From positions 26,105-90,104 of the forward strand of contig CBDCPJ010000051.1 of the NCBI GenBank assembly GCA_965220165.1: a stretch of DNA of 64,000 bases. The letters are read 5' to 3'. Every line of letters begins with the position of its first letter. The stretch's first letter is position 1. Below are positions 9,001 through 19,179 of the stretch, in pieces. The translations under genes were made by a program, and so were the position numbers. The notes under the pieces were generated by a model. The model had not been told where the DNA came from, did not search any database, and worked only from the letters and a program-made list of their open reading frames with translations. Origin of the DNA: Spirochaetia bacterium (GTDB lineage: Bacteria; Spirochaetota; Spirochaetia; G963692905).

Positions 9001-10750
9001 GATCGCCTCTGGTCGTTTTGGCGCGACGATAGAATATCTTACCAATGCGGACGAGATACAGATCAAAATGGCGCAGGGGGCAAAACCGGGCGAGGGAGGC
9101 GAACTTCCTGGCCACAAAGTGTTCGAGGTTATCGCGCGAACTCGCTATTCAACACCGGGTGTCGGCTTGATAAGTCCTCCGCCGCACCATGATATCTACT
9201 CAATCGAAGATCTCGCCCAGCTCATTTTTGACCTTAAAAATGCCAATCATAAGGCGCGTATTAGCGTCAAACTTGTCTCGGAAGTGGGGGTGGGAACGAT
9301 CGCCGCGGGAGTTACAAAGGCGCATGCCGACCATATTTTAATCTCCGGACACGACGGGGGAACCGGAGCGTCTCCGCTAACCGGTATCAAACATGCGGGG
9401 CTTCCTTGGGAACTTGGCTTGGCCGAAACCCACCAGACTCTGGTGCTCAACGATCTTCGCAGTCGCGTTGTTATCCAAACCGACGGGCAGATAAAGACCG
9501 GGAGAGATGTGGTTATCGCCGCGTTGCTCGGCGCCGAGGAATGCGGATTTTCGACCGCGCCGCTTATTGCCATGGGGTGTGTGATGATGCGGGTATGCCA
9601 CAAAAATACCTGCCCCGTAGGCATCGCGACGCAAGACGAGGCATTGCGCAAAAAATTTGCCGGCAAGCCTGAGCATGTGATCAATTACTTTGCCTTTTTG
9701 GCCGAAGAGGTTCGCGAGCATATGGCGCTCTTAGGGATGGCTACCTTTAACGAAATGGTTGGACGAAGCGATCTATTATCGTTGGATACCGCGTTGTTGC
9801 GCTGGAAATCAAGCGGCATCGATCTTTCAGGCCTGCTCTATAAGCCAAAACCAAAGAACGCAAAAAGCTCGATCTACTGCTCTATCGCGCAGGAGCATGG
9901 CATAGACAGGGTGCTAGATCGGCGGCTTATTTCGTCGCTTCCCGACCTCAAGCCGCGCAAAACAGGCCAATCGCGCGACGGATCGCGGCGACCAGATGGC
10001 GGCGCGTTGCGGCTTGAGATGCCGATTGCCAATACAGATCGAGCGGTGGGAACGATGATGAGCAACTATATCACCCAGCGAATCGGGCCGGGCGGACTTG
10101 TCGATCAGCCGCTATGGGTTAAGTTCAGCGGTTCGGCTGGGCAGAGTTTCGGCGCATGGACAACCAAAGGCGTAACCTTTGAGTTGGAGGGCGATGCCAA
10201 TGACTATGTGGGAAAGGGGTTATCGGGAGGCAGGTTGATCATCTACCCGCCGAAAACATCTTCTTTCGCGCCGGAGGAAAACATAATTATCGGCAATGTC
10301 GCCTTTTACGGAGCTATATCCGGAGAGGCTTACGCGCGTGGCATTGCGGCGGAACGTTTTTGCGTGCGCAATTCCGGGGTTACCGCCGTTATTGAAGGGG
10401 TGGGCGATCATGGATGCGAATATATGACAGGAGGAAAAGTGGCGATATTAGGAAAGACAGGACGCAATTTTGGCGCTGGAATGAGCGGCGGCATCGCATA
10501 TATCTGGGATCCGCATGACAAATTGGCCGGCAATATGAGCAATGACATCGTCGATATCGAGCCATTGACACAACAAGACGAAATCGATTTGCGGGATATG
10601 CTTCAATCTCATCGTTTATACACCGGATCGACAGTCGCGGCTACTATACTAGACAGCTGGACTCACCATCGCGCCGAATTTAAACGGGTTATATCTCCTG
10701 TCTATAAAGCGATTTTGGATAAACGAGAGATCGCTTCGGCGACGGCGTAG
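6098..10750 (+). CDS. gltB: Glutamate synthase large subunit
   Basis: ERDSCGVGF, HSRFSTNT, HNGEINT, AQGAKPGEGG, 3Fe-4S Cys motif CVMMRVCHKNTC, GXGXG C-terminal domain. Confidence 0.98.
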   Translation: MEHRPSMIEDRNTMIRRPERQGLYDPAFERDSCGVGFVAQIHGKQSHTIIRHARDMLVNMTHRGAVGSERESGDGAGILTALPDRLLRRELSREGKTLPEKGRYGAGIVFLPSHKASRDSCIARIAEITREEGQTMIAARRIPRDNSMLGATSGGCEPEMRQVVIASSEGSKQGQFERALYIIRKRATNELRGGGLDPNTWFYICSLSSTIIVYKGMLTPDQLFRYFLDLQDADYESHLAMAHSRFSTNTFPSWDRAQPLRYMSHNGEINTLRGNVNKMRARRGTLASKAFGNSLRDLLPIIEPDCSDSGAFDNVMELLLLTGRSLPEAAMMMVPEAWQNRDDMDPEIRAAYEYMSCMMEPWDGPASISFTDGRLIGALLDRNGLRPSRYYLTEDGLVVMASEVGVLDIPPEKIVQKGRLQPGRMFLVDFERGAIIADDDLKRSIASLYPFADWLRENKLTLDEIVEHCKTGSGRGGSRGGDNARGGIGGGFSDRRELLAAFRMFNYTVEHFNLILQPMCANSKEPIGSMGNDAPLAFLSDLPRLLYDYFKQLFAQVTNPPIDSIREKSIMSLSAYIGPERNLLATTPEHCHRIFLEHPLILQSEFEALRNLDYRGFRSIVIDCVYPVNGGDGSLAAALDRINSEVEQAIADGYSIAILSDRGANSDMAPVDALLAMGSTHHHLIRQAKRTQIALLADSGEPREVHHFCALIGYGADAIHPYLALEAIASLYNDGLIPEVDSLTQAYANYKEALAYGMRKVFGKMGISTLESYKGAQIFEIVGIGRDVVDRCFAGTASRIGGISLADIERDNLSRHRAGYPKRAASVGSPLANPGDYQWRIGGERHMWNPDSLASLQIATRQNDRSAFRRFTDMQNERSKKQATIRGLLAFKPTTAIPIDDVEPVENIMRRFVTGAMSFGSISQEAHETLAIAMNRIGGRSNTGEGGEMSERYRPLPNGDSKRSSIKQIASGRFGATIEYLTNADEIQIKMAQGAKPGEGGELPGHKVFEVIARTRYSTPGVGLISPPPHHDIYSIEDLAQLIFDLKNANHKARISVKLVSEVGVGTIAAGVTKAHADHILISGHDGGTGASPLTGIKHAGLPWELGLAETHQTLVLNDLRSRVVIQTDGQIKTGRDVVIAALLGAEECGFSTAPLIAMGCVMMRVCHKNTCPVGIATQDEALRKKFAGKPEHVINYFAFLAEEVREHMALLGMATFNEMVGRSDLLSLDTALLRWKSSGIDLSGLLYKPKPKNAKSSIYCSIAQEHGIDRVLDRRLISSLPDLKPRKTGQSRDGSRRPDGGALRLEMPIANTDRAVGTMMSNYITQRIGPGGLVDQPLWVKFSGSAGQSFGAWTTKGVTFELEGDANDYVGKGLSGGRLIIYPPKTSSFAPEENIIIGNVAFYGAISGEAYARGIAAERFCVRNSGVTAVIEGVGDHGCEYMTGGKVAILGKTGRNFGAGMSGGIAYIWDPHDKLAGNMSNDIVDIEPLTQQDEIDLRDMLQSHRLYTGSTVAATILDSWTHHRAEFKRVISPVYKAILDKREIASATA

Positions 10751-10752
10751 CA

Positions 10753-12210
10753 ATGGGACAGCCAACAGGATTTATGCGTTATCGCCGTCAAACGGTGATT
10801 GATCGTTCTCCGGCCGAACGGACCAACGATTTTGACGAATTTCATACCGAACTACCCGCGGAGGAACGGAAACAGCAGGGCGCTCGTTGCATGGATTGCG
10901 GCGTTCCTTTCTGCCAATCGAATTATGGATGCCCGGTAGACAATCTTATCCCCGAATGGAACGATCTCATCTATAGAGGTAGATGGAAAGAGGCATTCTA
11001 TCGATTGCGAAAGACCAACAATTTCCCTGAGTATACCGGACGCGTATGCCCCGCTCCTTGCGAATCGGCCTGTGTTCTTGGAATTAACGAGCCGCCGGTC
11101 GCCATCAAAGACAATGAAGGCGCTATTGCCGACCGCGCCTATAGCGATGGCTTAATGGAGCCTCGCTTGCCGCAAACCCGCACCGGAAAAAAAGTCGCGA
11201 TAGTGGGAAGCGGCCCGGCCGGGCTAGCCGCAGCCGATCAGCTGAATCAGGCGGGGCACCATGTAACCGTATTTGAGCGCGACGACCGTATCGGCGGGCT
11301 ATTGATGTATGGCATTCCAAACATGAAATTGAGCAAAGTTCTGGTAGAACGCCGCAACAACATCATGGAGCGCGAAGGCATCGCGTTTAGACCGGGCGTG
11401 GCGGTGGGCGTCGATATCGACCCCGAACAGCTACTACAGGAGTACGACGCGTTGCTCTTGGCCTGCGGAGCGACTAATCCTCGCCCATTGCGAGTTGATG
11501 GGCGCGAGCTTTCTGGCGTTCATTACGCGATGGAGTTTCTTAAAGCAAACACAAAAAGCCTGCTCGATTCTGGGCTGACCGACGGCAACTATATCTCGGC
11601 GCGTAATCGTCGCGTAATTGTTATCGGCGGCGGCGACACGGGTAATGATTGCATCGGCACCGCTGTTCGCCACGGTGCTTCGAGCATCGTCAACTTTGAA
11701 TTGCTTCCCAAACCGGCGCATGGTCGGACCGACGATTTTCCGTGGCCGGTCTATCCTCGAGTCTACAAAAGCGACTATGGGCATGAAGAGACGCAAACAA
11801 AATATGGCGACGATCCTCGCCAATTTTCCATCCTTACAAAACGATTTATCGGCTCGGACGCCCTCGAGGCGTTGGAAACCGTCCGCGTAAAGTGGGACAA
11901 GCCCCCCGACAGACCGCCGCGCATGCAGGAGATTCCGGGAACGACCGAACGATGGCCCGCCGATCTGGTATTGTTGGCGATGGGTTTTCTTGGCCCCGAG
12001 CAACTGCTTATCGAGCGCATGGGCTTGCGGGTCGACGCTCGTTCCAATATTGCGGCGGAATATGAAAACTTTCAGACCAATCACCCGAAAATATTCGCAG
12101 CGGGGGACGCTCGGCGGGGGCAATCGCTCGTGGTATGGGCTATCAAAGAGGGACGCGGCGCCGCTCGTGAAATAGATCGCTTCTTAATGGGTGATACGCT
12201 TCTTCCTTAA
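10753..12210 (+). CDS. gltD: Glutamate synthase small subunit
   Basis: RCMDCGVPFC, GRVCPAPCE, GSGPAG, GGGDTG, GDARRGQSLVVWAI; 2 bp after gltB. Confidence 0.97.
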   Translation: MGQPTGFMRYRRQTVIDRSPAERTNDFDEFHTELPAEERKQQGARCMDCGVPFCQSNYGCPVDNLIPEWNDLIYRGRWKEAFYRLRKTNNFPEYTGRVCPAPCESACVLGINEPPVAIKDNEGAIADRAYSDGLMEPRLPQTRTGKKVAIVGSGPAGLAAADQLNQAGHHVTVFERDDRIGGLLMYGIPNMKLSKVLVERRNNIMEREGIAFRPGVAVGVDIDPEQLLQEYDALLLACGATNPRPLRVDGRELSGVHYAMEFLKANTKSLLDSGLTDGNYISARNRRVIVIGGGDTGNDCIGTAVRHGASSIVNFELLPKPAHGRTDDFPWPVYPRVYKSDYGHEETQTKYGDDPRQFSILTKRFIGSDALEALETVRVKWDKPPDRPPRMQEIPGTTERWPADLVLLAMGFLGPEQLLIERMGLRVDARSNIAAEYENFQTNHPKIFAAGDARRGQSLVVWAIKEGRGAAREIDRFLMGDTLLP

Positions 12211-12307
12211 CAGAGTATCAACGTACGCTATTCGTCGCGATTAGCGATATTATCGTTGACAAAGTTGCTATGATTTGTAGAATTGGTTGTAATCCTAACT
12301 TGTCGTT

Positions 12308-13273
12308 ATGAATAATATACACCGCTTAGTCGAAATTATCGATCCGCAAAGGCCGCTCTTCGTTCAAGCCCACAATTTCCCCGACCACGACGCGGTAGCT
12401 ACCGCCTTCGCGCTCCAACATCTCCTTTCTCTTCGCGGCGTGCTCGCGCGTTCCTGTTATCGCGGGTCGATTCAAAGCCAGTCGCTCCGCGATCTTATCG
12501 ACTCTCTCGATATCCCTATCTCCTACGCAAAGGAACTCAACCTCGATAAACATGCGCAAATTATTGTGGTGGATAGTCTATCAGGCGGCAGCAATGTAAA
12601 GGACCTCGAGGCGGAAGTAATTGGGGTTATCGATCATCACAAACTCCCATACGCGCCAACCTGTCGCTATGTGGATATCCGCGAAGAATATGGAGCCTGT
12701 AGCACCATCCTCTACGAGTATTACCGCGACGCGGGCGAACAGATTCCGCAAAAAGTGGCGTCGGCGTTGCTCGTGGGAATAATGATGGACACCTCCTTTA
12801 TTACTCGCGGTGTATCATCGGCCGATCTTGGAGCGTTGAACAATCTATTTAACAGCGCCGATTGGGAGAATAGCTGTCGTTTGCTACGCAACTCGCTCTC
12901 TGTAGAAGATATACGGGTGTTCGAAATGGCGTTGCGACAGGCGAAAATAACCGACGCGTTTTGTTATATTCATATCGACATACCCTGCACAATTGAGGTA
13001 TTGGCGCTCATAGCCGACTTCTTCCTAACCATGCGCGAGATACATTTTGTAGTCGCGGTTATGTATGTCGGCAAAGGGAAATGCCGTATATCGGTACGCA
13101 GCGAAGACGCGACTCGCCCTGCCGATGTAGCCATCGGAAAAGCGCTCAAAGGAATCGGCGAAGGGGGCGGCCATATGCACATGGGCGGCGGCGTTATTGA
13201 ATCTGAAAACTATCCCGGCAATCGAAATCTCTATGAAAAATGGGCGAAAGCATACTCCAATATTTATGAATAA
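12308..13273 (+). CDS. DHH-family phosphoesterase (NrnA-like)
   Basis: HNFPDHD, VVD, IDHH, GIMMDT, GGGH motifs. Confidence 0.88.
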   Translation: MNNIHRLVEIIDPQRPLFVQAHNFPDHDAVATAFALQHLLSLRGVLARSCYRGSIQSQSLRDLIDSLDIPISYAKELNLDKHAQIIVVDSLSGGSNVKDLEAEVIGVIDHHKLPYAPTCRYVDIREEYGACSTILYEYYRDAGEQIPQKVASALLVGIMMDTSFITRGVSSADLGALNNLFNSADWENSCRLLRNSLSVEDIRVFEMALRQAKITDAFCYIHIDIPCTIEVLALIADFFLTMREIHFVVAVMYVGKGKCRISVRSEDATRPADVAIGKALKGIGEGGGHMHMGGGVIESENYPGNRNLYEKWAKAYSNIYE

Positions 13274-14432
13274 TACAATACAGTCGCTTGTATTTGGAAA
13301 AAGAACGATCACATTGGTGGGCACAGCGCATATTTCCGCCGCTAGCATCGAAGACACGCGCAGCGCCATCGAAACATACCTCCCCGATCGCGTATGCGTC
13401 GAGCTTGACGATCTCCGCTACGAACGAATCATCAAAGGCGACGTGCTCAAATCATTGGATATATTAAAAGTATTGCGTCAAAAAAGAGGCGCGTTGTTGT
13501 TTATCAATCTCCTGTTGTCTTCCTATCAACAACGTCTGGGCAAAGATATGGCAATCGCTCCCGGCAGCGAACTAAAGGAAGCGATAGATGTCGCAAAAGA
13601 ACGCAATATACCGGTATCCATGTGCGATAGAAATATCAGCGTAACGTTTCGACGCGCATGGCGGTTATCTAGTCTGTGGTCGCGAATCAAAACGCTATCG
13701 TATCTCCTTGCGGCGATGATGAGCAGACAAAAAGTAAGTGCCGAAGATATTGAAGAACTCAAGAAAAATAGCATGCATGGACAGGCTATTGAGCAGATGG
13801 CGAAAGCGATTCCGACAATAAAAAAGGTGCTTATCGATGAACGCGATCTTTTTCTGGCGAAAAAGATTTTCGCGCAAAAAGAGGCAAATATAGTCGCGGT
13901 GGTCGGATTGGGGCATGTTCCCGGCATAAAAAAACATCTGGAAGCAATCTATCGCAAAGAAATCGACACATCGGTATCCGAATTGGAACAAATCCCCTCG
14001 CCCAGTATATTAGAGAAATTGTCGCCATGGATATTCACCGCATTGCTCGCCTCGCTATTGCTGATTGGTATAATACGCACAGATTTTGAATTGGTGCTCA
14101 GCAAAGTGTGGTTATGGATCTTTATCAACGGAGGATTGGCAAGCATTGGCGCGATTCTGGCGCTCGGACATCCCGTCTCAATTATCGCCGCGTTTTTCAT
14201 CGCGCCGTTCACCTCGACGACTCCGCTCATTGGCGCGGGGACGGTAATCGCAATCATCGAAGCATCCATCCGAAAACCTCGAGTTATCGATCTAGAAAAT
14301 CTGCATCAAGATTTCACATCGATACGAGGATTTTACCGCAATCGATTGACGCGCGCGCTCCTAGTATTCGTACTGTCGGGAACATTGAGCGCTATCGGCA
14401 CCTTTGTGGCAACCGCGCTGATTTTTACCTAA
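13266..14432 (+). CDS. TraB/PrgY (TraB/GumN) family membrane protein
   Basis: LVGTAHIS, VCVELD, LIDERD, VVGLGH; C-terminal transmembrane helices. ATG 13266 overlaps the upstream stop. Confidence 0.88.
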   Translation: MNNTIQSLVFGKRTITLVGTAHISAASIEDTRSAIETYLPDRVCVELDDLRYERIIKGDVLKSLDILKVLRQKRGALLFINLLLSSYQQRLGKDMAIAPGSELKEAIDVAKERNIPVSMCDRNISVTFRRAWRLSSLWSRIKTLSYLLAAMMSRQKVSAEDIEELKKNSMHGQAIEQMAKAIPTIKKVLIDERDLFLAKKIFAQKEANIVAVVGLGHVPGIKKHLEAIYRKEIDTSVSELEQIPSPSILEKLSPWIFTALLASLLLIGIIRTDFELVLSKVWLWIFINGGLASIGAILALGHPVSIIAAFFIAPFTSTTPLIGAGTVIAIIEASIRKPRVIDLENLHQDFTSIRGFYRNRLTRALLVFVLSGTLSAIGTFVATALIFT

Positions 14433-14539
14433 AAACGCATGGCTGTCGAGAATATTAGCAAGCGCATGCGGCAGTCCATACTCTATATCCGAAAAAATAC
14501 CTAGACATATATATCTTCACACTATATTATGTTTAGATT

Positions 14540-15958
14540 ATGACAGAAGAATTAACTATTGAAGAACAGCAAGCGGTAGATATTGGCGATTACAAGTTTG
14601 GATTTTACGACCCCGAAAAATCTGTGTTCAAAACCCGCAAGGGATTAGACGCCGAAGTAGTCGCCGCGATAAGCGAGCATAAGAACGAACCTGATTGGAT
14701 GCGACAATTTCGCCTCCAGTCGCTAGAAACATTTCGCAGCAAACCAATGCCTTCGTGGGGAGCCGATCTCAGCGATCTTGACTTTGAAAACATCTACTAC
14801 TACGCAAAGCCCGCAGGTCATCAATCGAAAAATTGGGATGACGTTCCTGATGATATCAAGCGAACATTCGAACGCATAGGCATTCCTGAAGCCGAACGAA
14901 AACATCTCGCCGGCGTTGGAGCTCAATATGACTCTGAGGTTGTCTATCACAATATTCGCGGCGATCTTGCCAAACAAGGAGTGGTGTTTAGCGACCCGGA
15001 AACGGCTTTGAAAGAGCATCCCGACCTTGTCAAAAAGTATTTCGGCACAATTATTCCCTATAACGACAATAAATTCGCGGCGTTAAATAGCGCGGTATGG
15101 TCGGGAGGAAGCTTTGTCTATGTGCCCCCCGGAGTGCGGGTAGAGATTCCCCTGCAGGCCTATTTTCGCATCAACGCAATGAACTTTGGTCAATTTGAAC
15201 GCACATTGATTATTGCCGACGAGGGAAGCTTTGTGCACTATGTCGAGGGATGCACCGCGCCCATCTACGCGACCGATTCCCTTCACTCCGCGGTGGTGGA
15301 GATTGTCGCGTTGCCCGGCGCTCGCGTTCGATACACCACGATTCAGAACTGGTCTGGCGATGTCTACAATCTGGTTACCAAGCGAGCCATCGCGCATCGC
15401 GATGCTATTGTGGAATGGGTAGACGGGAATATCGGCAGCAAAAGAACGATGAAGTACCCCGCGGTCCATCTGGTGGGCGAAGGCGCGCATGGCGAGGTGC
15501 TTTCTATAGCCTTTGGCGGCAAGGGGCAAGAACAGGATACGGGCGGAAAAATCGTGCACGCCGCCGACAATACCAGCTCGGTTATCACCTCTAAGTCGAT
15601 CAGCAAAGATGGCGGCACCGCCAGCTATCGAGGGTACATCAAAGTAAACGAAAATGTCCGAAACGCTCGCTCGCATGTCATATGCGACGCTTTGATTATC
15701 GACAAAGACTCTATCAGCAACACCTATCCCTATATGGATATTCTATCCAACGACGTTCGCATCGAACACGAAGCGAAGGTAAGCAAGATCAGCGAAGAAC
15801 AGCTTTTTTATCTTATGAGCCGCGGCATGGACGAAGCCGAAGCTTCGATGATGATCGTCAACGGCTTTCTTGATCCGCTGGTCAAACAGTTGCCGATGGA
15901 ATACGCGCTTGAGCTCAATCGTTTGATTTCGCTAGAAATGGAAGGAAGTGTAGGATAG
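14540..15958 (+). CDS. sufB: Fe-S cluster assembly protein SufB
   Basis: [44 protein letters not shown]. Confidence 0.96.
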   Translation: MTEELTIEEQQAVDIGDYKFGFYDPEKSVFKTRKGLDAEVVAAISEHKNEPDWMRQFRLQSLETFRSKPMPSWGADLSDLDFENIYYYAKPAGHQSKNWDDVPDDIKRTFERIGIPEAERKHLAGVGAQYDSEVVYHNIRGDLAKQGVVFSDPETALKEHPDLVKKYFGTIIPYNDNKFAALNSAVWSGGSFVYVPPGVRVEIPLQAYFRINAMNFGQFERTLIIADEGSFVHYVEGCTAPIYATDSLHSAVVEIVALPGARVRYTTIQNWSGDVYNLVTKRAIAHRDAIVEWVDGNIGSKRTMKYPAVHLVGEGAHGEVLSIAFGGKGQEQDTGGKIVHAADNTSSVITSKSISKDGGTASYRGYIKVNENVRNARSHVICDALIIDKDSISNTYPYMDILSNDVRIEHEAKVSKISEEQLFYLMSRGMDEAEASMMIVNGFLDPLVKQLPMEYALELNRLISLEMEGSVG

Positions 15959-15962
15959 TTGT

Positions 15963-16523
15963 ATGCAATACGCCCTTCATCTTTTATCCCGCTACAATCA
16001 GCGCGTAAATAATAATATTCTCTCTATATTAGATTCGCTCGATCAAAACAGCCTCTCTGAGCCGCGAAAGGTATACTTTGACTCTATCATCGGTACGCTC
16101 AACCACAACCTTTTTGCCGATTCCTCTTGGATGCTGAATCTATCCAAATATAACCTTCCGGAAGTTCAAGCTGTCGTGCCCCGTATTCCCAAAATGCATT
16201 TCGAAAATTTTACATCTGTCCCGTACGAATCGCTTGGACAATTTCGCCCGCTTCGAGTAGCGATGGATTCGATCCTGGTCGATTTTATCGATTTGGTCCC
16301 CCAAAGCCGGTTAGAGGAGTATATCGATTATGTCGATTGGGAAAATAAAAGCCACTCCTATCGACTCGGCTCGTTGCTGATGCATCTTTTTAACCATCAA
16401 ACACATCATCGCGGCACAATTAGCGCGTTGCTCGATCAGATGGGTATTGAGAACGATTTTTCGAACATTCTCTTAATGCTTGGCGACATAGAACAGCCGG
16501 CTTTCGAAGGAAGCAAATCGTAA
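15963..16523 (+). CDS. DinB/YfiT family protein
   Basis: YN N-terminus, FDSIIGTLNH, HLFNHQTHHRG. Confidence 0.88.
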   Translation: MQYALHLLSRYNQRVNNNILSILDSLDQNSLSEPRKVYFDSIIGTLNHNLFADSSWMLNLSKYNLPEVQAVVPRIPKMHFENFTSVPYESLGQFRPLRVAMDSILVDFIDLVPQSRLEEYIDYVDWENKSHSYRLGSLLMHLFNHQTHHRGTISALLDQMGIENDFSNILLMLGDIEQPAFEGSKS

Positions 16524-16555
16524 CAAGCAACGCTATCGCCAACAAGGCGAAAGAA

Positions 16556-17254
16556 ATGGTCGCGCGGTACGCCGTTGATCAATATGTCCATAGCGGCATG
16601 CGGCTGGGACTTGGCGCGGGCACGACTCTGGAATTTGCCCTTCATGCACTTGCCGAGCGCATGGGTCATCCATCCGACCACGCGCGACGCCTTACCGATA
16701 TAACGCTTGCGGCCGCAAGCTATCACACTGAAAGCATAGCGATCAACCTAGGATTACGCGTCTTGCCGTTGAGCGATCCCGCTATCTCGGGGGAGCTCGA
16801 TCTTACATTGGATGGAGCAGATCAAGTAAATAGCGCTGGACAGCTTATCAAAGGCGGCGGCGGCGCTCTGTTTCGCGAAAAAATTCTCGCGGATTGTTCT
16901 CGCCAACTTGTTATTATGGTCGACGAGTCAAAGATAACAACCTGTTTGGGAATGGGCTTCCCGCTACCGATCGAAGTCGCCCCGATAGCGATATCGTCAG
17001 TGTTCCGACGGTTGCGTTCGCTTGGCGGAACACCTGTTATTAGACAGGCGACCGCTAAACTGGGGGCGGTCATTACCGATAACGGCAATATGATTGTCGA
17101 CCTGCAATTCGATGATGGGATCGCCGATCCTCCGGCTCTGGAGCGAACGCTCGCTATGATTCCGGGGGTAATTGAAAGCGGCCTATTCACATCTTTCCGT
17201 CCCACTGTGCTGGTTACGCGGGGGGATAGCGTTGAGGATCTGTCAAAGCATTAG
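16556..17254 (+). CDS. rpiA: Ribose-5-phosphate isomerase A
   Basis: GLGAGTT, DGADQV, IKGGGGALFREK, TDNGN. True start may lie slightly upstream. Confidence 0.93.
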   Translation: MVARYAVDQYVHSGMRLGLGAGTTLEFALHALAERMGHPSDHARRLTDITLAAASYHTESIAINLGLRVLPLSDPAISGELDLTLDGADQVNSAGQLIKGGGGALFREKILADCSRQLVIMVDESKITTCLGMGFPLPIEVAPIAISSVFRRLRSLGGTPVIRQATAKLGAVITDNGNMIVDLQFDDGIADPPALERTLAMIPGVIESGLFTSFRPTVLVTRGDSVEDLSKH

Positions 17255-17260
17255 GGGATA

Positions 17261-17416
17261 TTGCCGTACGATTATCGACCAGACGGCACACTTGAGCGAG
17301 AGACTAGCTATACGGCAAACGACTTTGTTTTATTCGATACCTGCTATGATATCGACAATATTACTAAAATATTTTGTAGAACCAGCCCGTTGCATCCCAT
17401 CGGATTGCAAGACTAA
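17261..17416 (+). pseudogene. Short ORF or gene fragment with a MORN-variant/YD-like repeat (YDYRPDGTLERETSY)
   Basis: Own translation gives 51 codons from TTG 17261, after AGGGGA; lies in an otherwise non-coding ~570-bp gap. Confidence 0.3.
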
Positions 17417-17823
17417 GCAAACCACCGCCCGCCTTAATGGCGCTTGCGCTAATAATTTTCATTGGCTTATTATGATTACGAAGCGATTGCTCTTGCGCAT
17501 CTAATTGCAATTTAATGAACGGCGCGCGGTAATGCAAACGTATCGCTCGCCATTGATTGCATATGCGCCATGGCAGAAATATCTAATCAGGTAAGAAAAT
17601 TAATACAAGCATCACAAGATTTACAGATTGCCGAAAGAAAAGTTAAAGCAATCAAATTGTGATTGTTGACTAATTATAATACATCACCCCCTTTGCTCTT
17701 GATAGCAGCGCTCAATAGCGTCAGACAGCCTCATTGCCCAATTTCGCCCTCCTCAACACCCAATCTGTCGTATAGGTTGAAACACAATATTGTATATTTC
17801 CCACCAACGCGCTACAATATGAT

Positions 17824-18666
17824 ATGATATATACACTAACTCGACCTGCCATACTATTCTTGGCAGCTCTATTAACCATTCCGGTTATGATCGCCCTGGG
17901 CGCCGGCAATCATGAAACATCCGCAATGGACGATACAATGCAAGAAATGCCCGAAACACAACAATCCGCCGACGAAATGGCCGGCGGAATGGAAATGGCC
18001 GACGGTATGGTAGCATACGCCGACAACGCGCTCGGCTATTTGGCAGTGCCAGAAGATGCCGCAAACGCGCCGGCTCTTATCGTAATCCACGAATGGTGGG
18101 GACTAAACGACGATATTCGCGCGAAAGCGGATGAATTTGCCGCCAATGGCTATGTCGCGCTCGCGGTAGACCTCTACGGCGGCGAGGCGACCACCGACCC
18201 CTCCAAAGCGCGGGAATTGGCGGGACGCGTTCGGGGCAACGAAACCGCGGCGTTCGACAATCTCAAGGCGGCCGGCGACTACCTCCGAGCCCTGCAGGAA
18301 GTCGATAGCGATCGAATTGGATCGGTAGGCTGGTGCTTCGGCGGCGGCTGGTCGTACCAAATAGCAAAGAATAATCTTGGGGCGTCTGTATCGGTTATCT
18401 ATTATGGAGCATTTAACCCCGCCGACGATCTATCGCATATGCGCTCGCAGATCATAGGACATTTCGGCGAAAACGACCGCTCGATCCCTGTGGATGATGT
18501 GCGAGAGTTTCGGGCGACGCTCAGCAACCATTCCGGCGACCACGAAATATTTATCTATCCCAACGCGGGACATGGCTTCGCCAATCCCGATAACCCAAGC
18601 TATGACGAAGCGGCGGCGACTACCGCGAACCAGCGAACGCTGGATTTCTTGGCTCGCCATCTCTAA
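17824..18666 (+). CDS. Dienelactone hydrolase family protein, secreted
   Basis: HEWWGLN, GWCFGG nucleophile elbow, YPNAGHGF; signal peptide. Confidence 0.92.
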   Translation: MIYTLTRPAILFLAALLTIPVMIALGAGNHETSAMDDTMQEMPETQQSADEMAGGMEMADGMVAYADNALGYLAVPEDAANAPALIVIHEWWGLNDDIRAKADEFAANGYVALAVDLYGGEATTDPSKARELAGRVRGNETAAFDNLKAAGDYLRALQEVDSDRIGSVGWCFGGGWSYQIAKNNLGASVSVIYYGAFNPADDLSHMRSQIIGHFGENDRSIPVDDVREFRATLSNHSGDHEIFIYPNAGHGFANPDNPSYDEAAATTANQRTLDFLARHL

Positions 18667-18669
18667 ACA

Positions 18670-19161
18670 ATGACGCGACCAATGGCTAGAAGCAGAGCGT
18701 TCATAACAACAGGGGCGGCTCTTTTCCTCGTCTTTATGACGCTCGCTTCATTGCCGTTGGCCGGGCAAAGCATCGCCCAATTTAATCGTCTAGTCGATTT
18801 TTCGCATTCGCTCATATCGCTCACAGAGATGCAAGAGAACGGCGAATCTCTTCCAATCAACAAAGCGTTGATCCTTGACGGCAACGTAGCCGATATTACC
18901 GTAATAGACCCCCAACGCGAAACATTTGTTGTCGAGATCGAACTGGTGCTAAGCGTATGGATTGGAACCAGCGAGATACGCGACTATACGGCGCTAGTAA
19001 GCTTTGATGGCGAGCGGTTTTACCCGCTATTTATCGGCGAATCGCCGATAGTGAAATTGCACGAAAAAATATTGATAGCCGGTGTAATCGATAGCATTGT
19101 TGAAGACGAGTACGACCCGATTATCAAAATCGCCGCGTTGCAAGCCCGCAGCCTCATATAG
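18670..19161 (+). CDS. Hypothetical exported protein
   Basis: Signal peptide; 3 bp after the upstream gene. Confidence 0.65.
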   Translation: MTRPMARSRAFITTGAALFLVFMTLASLPLAGQSIAQFNRLVDFSHSLISLTEMQENGESLPINKALILDGNVADITVIDPQRETFVVEIELVLSVWIGTSEIRDYTALVSFDGERFYPLFIGESPIVKLHEKILIAGVIDSIVEDEYDPIIKIAALQARSLI

Positions 19162-19179
19162 ACGCAACGCGTCCCTCCT

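Noticed and set aside
13266-14432. TraB-family gene as evidence of a conjugative element
   Set aside because: This is the TraB/PrgY/GumN family, which is often chromosomal; no relaxase or T4SS genes nearby.
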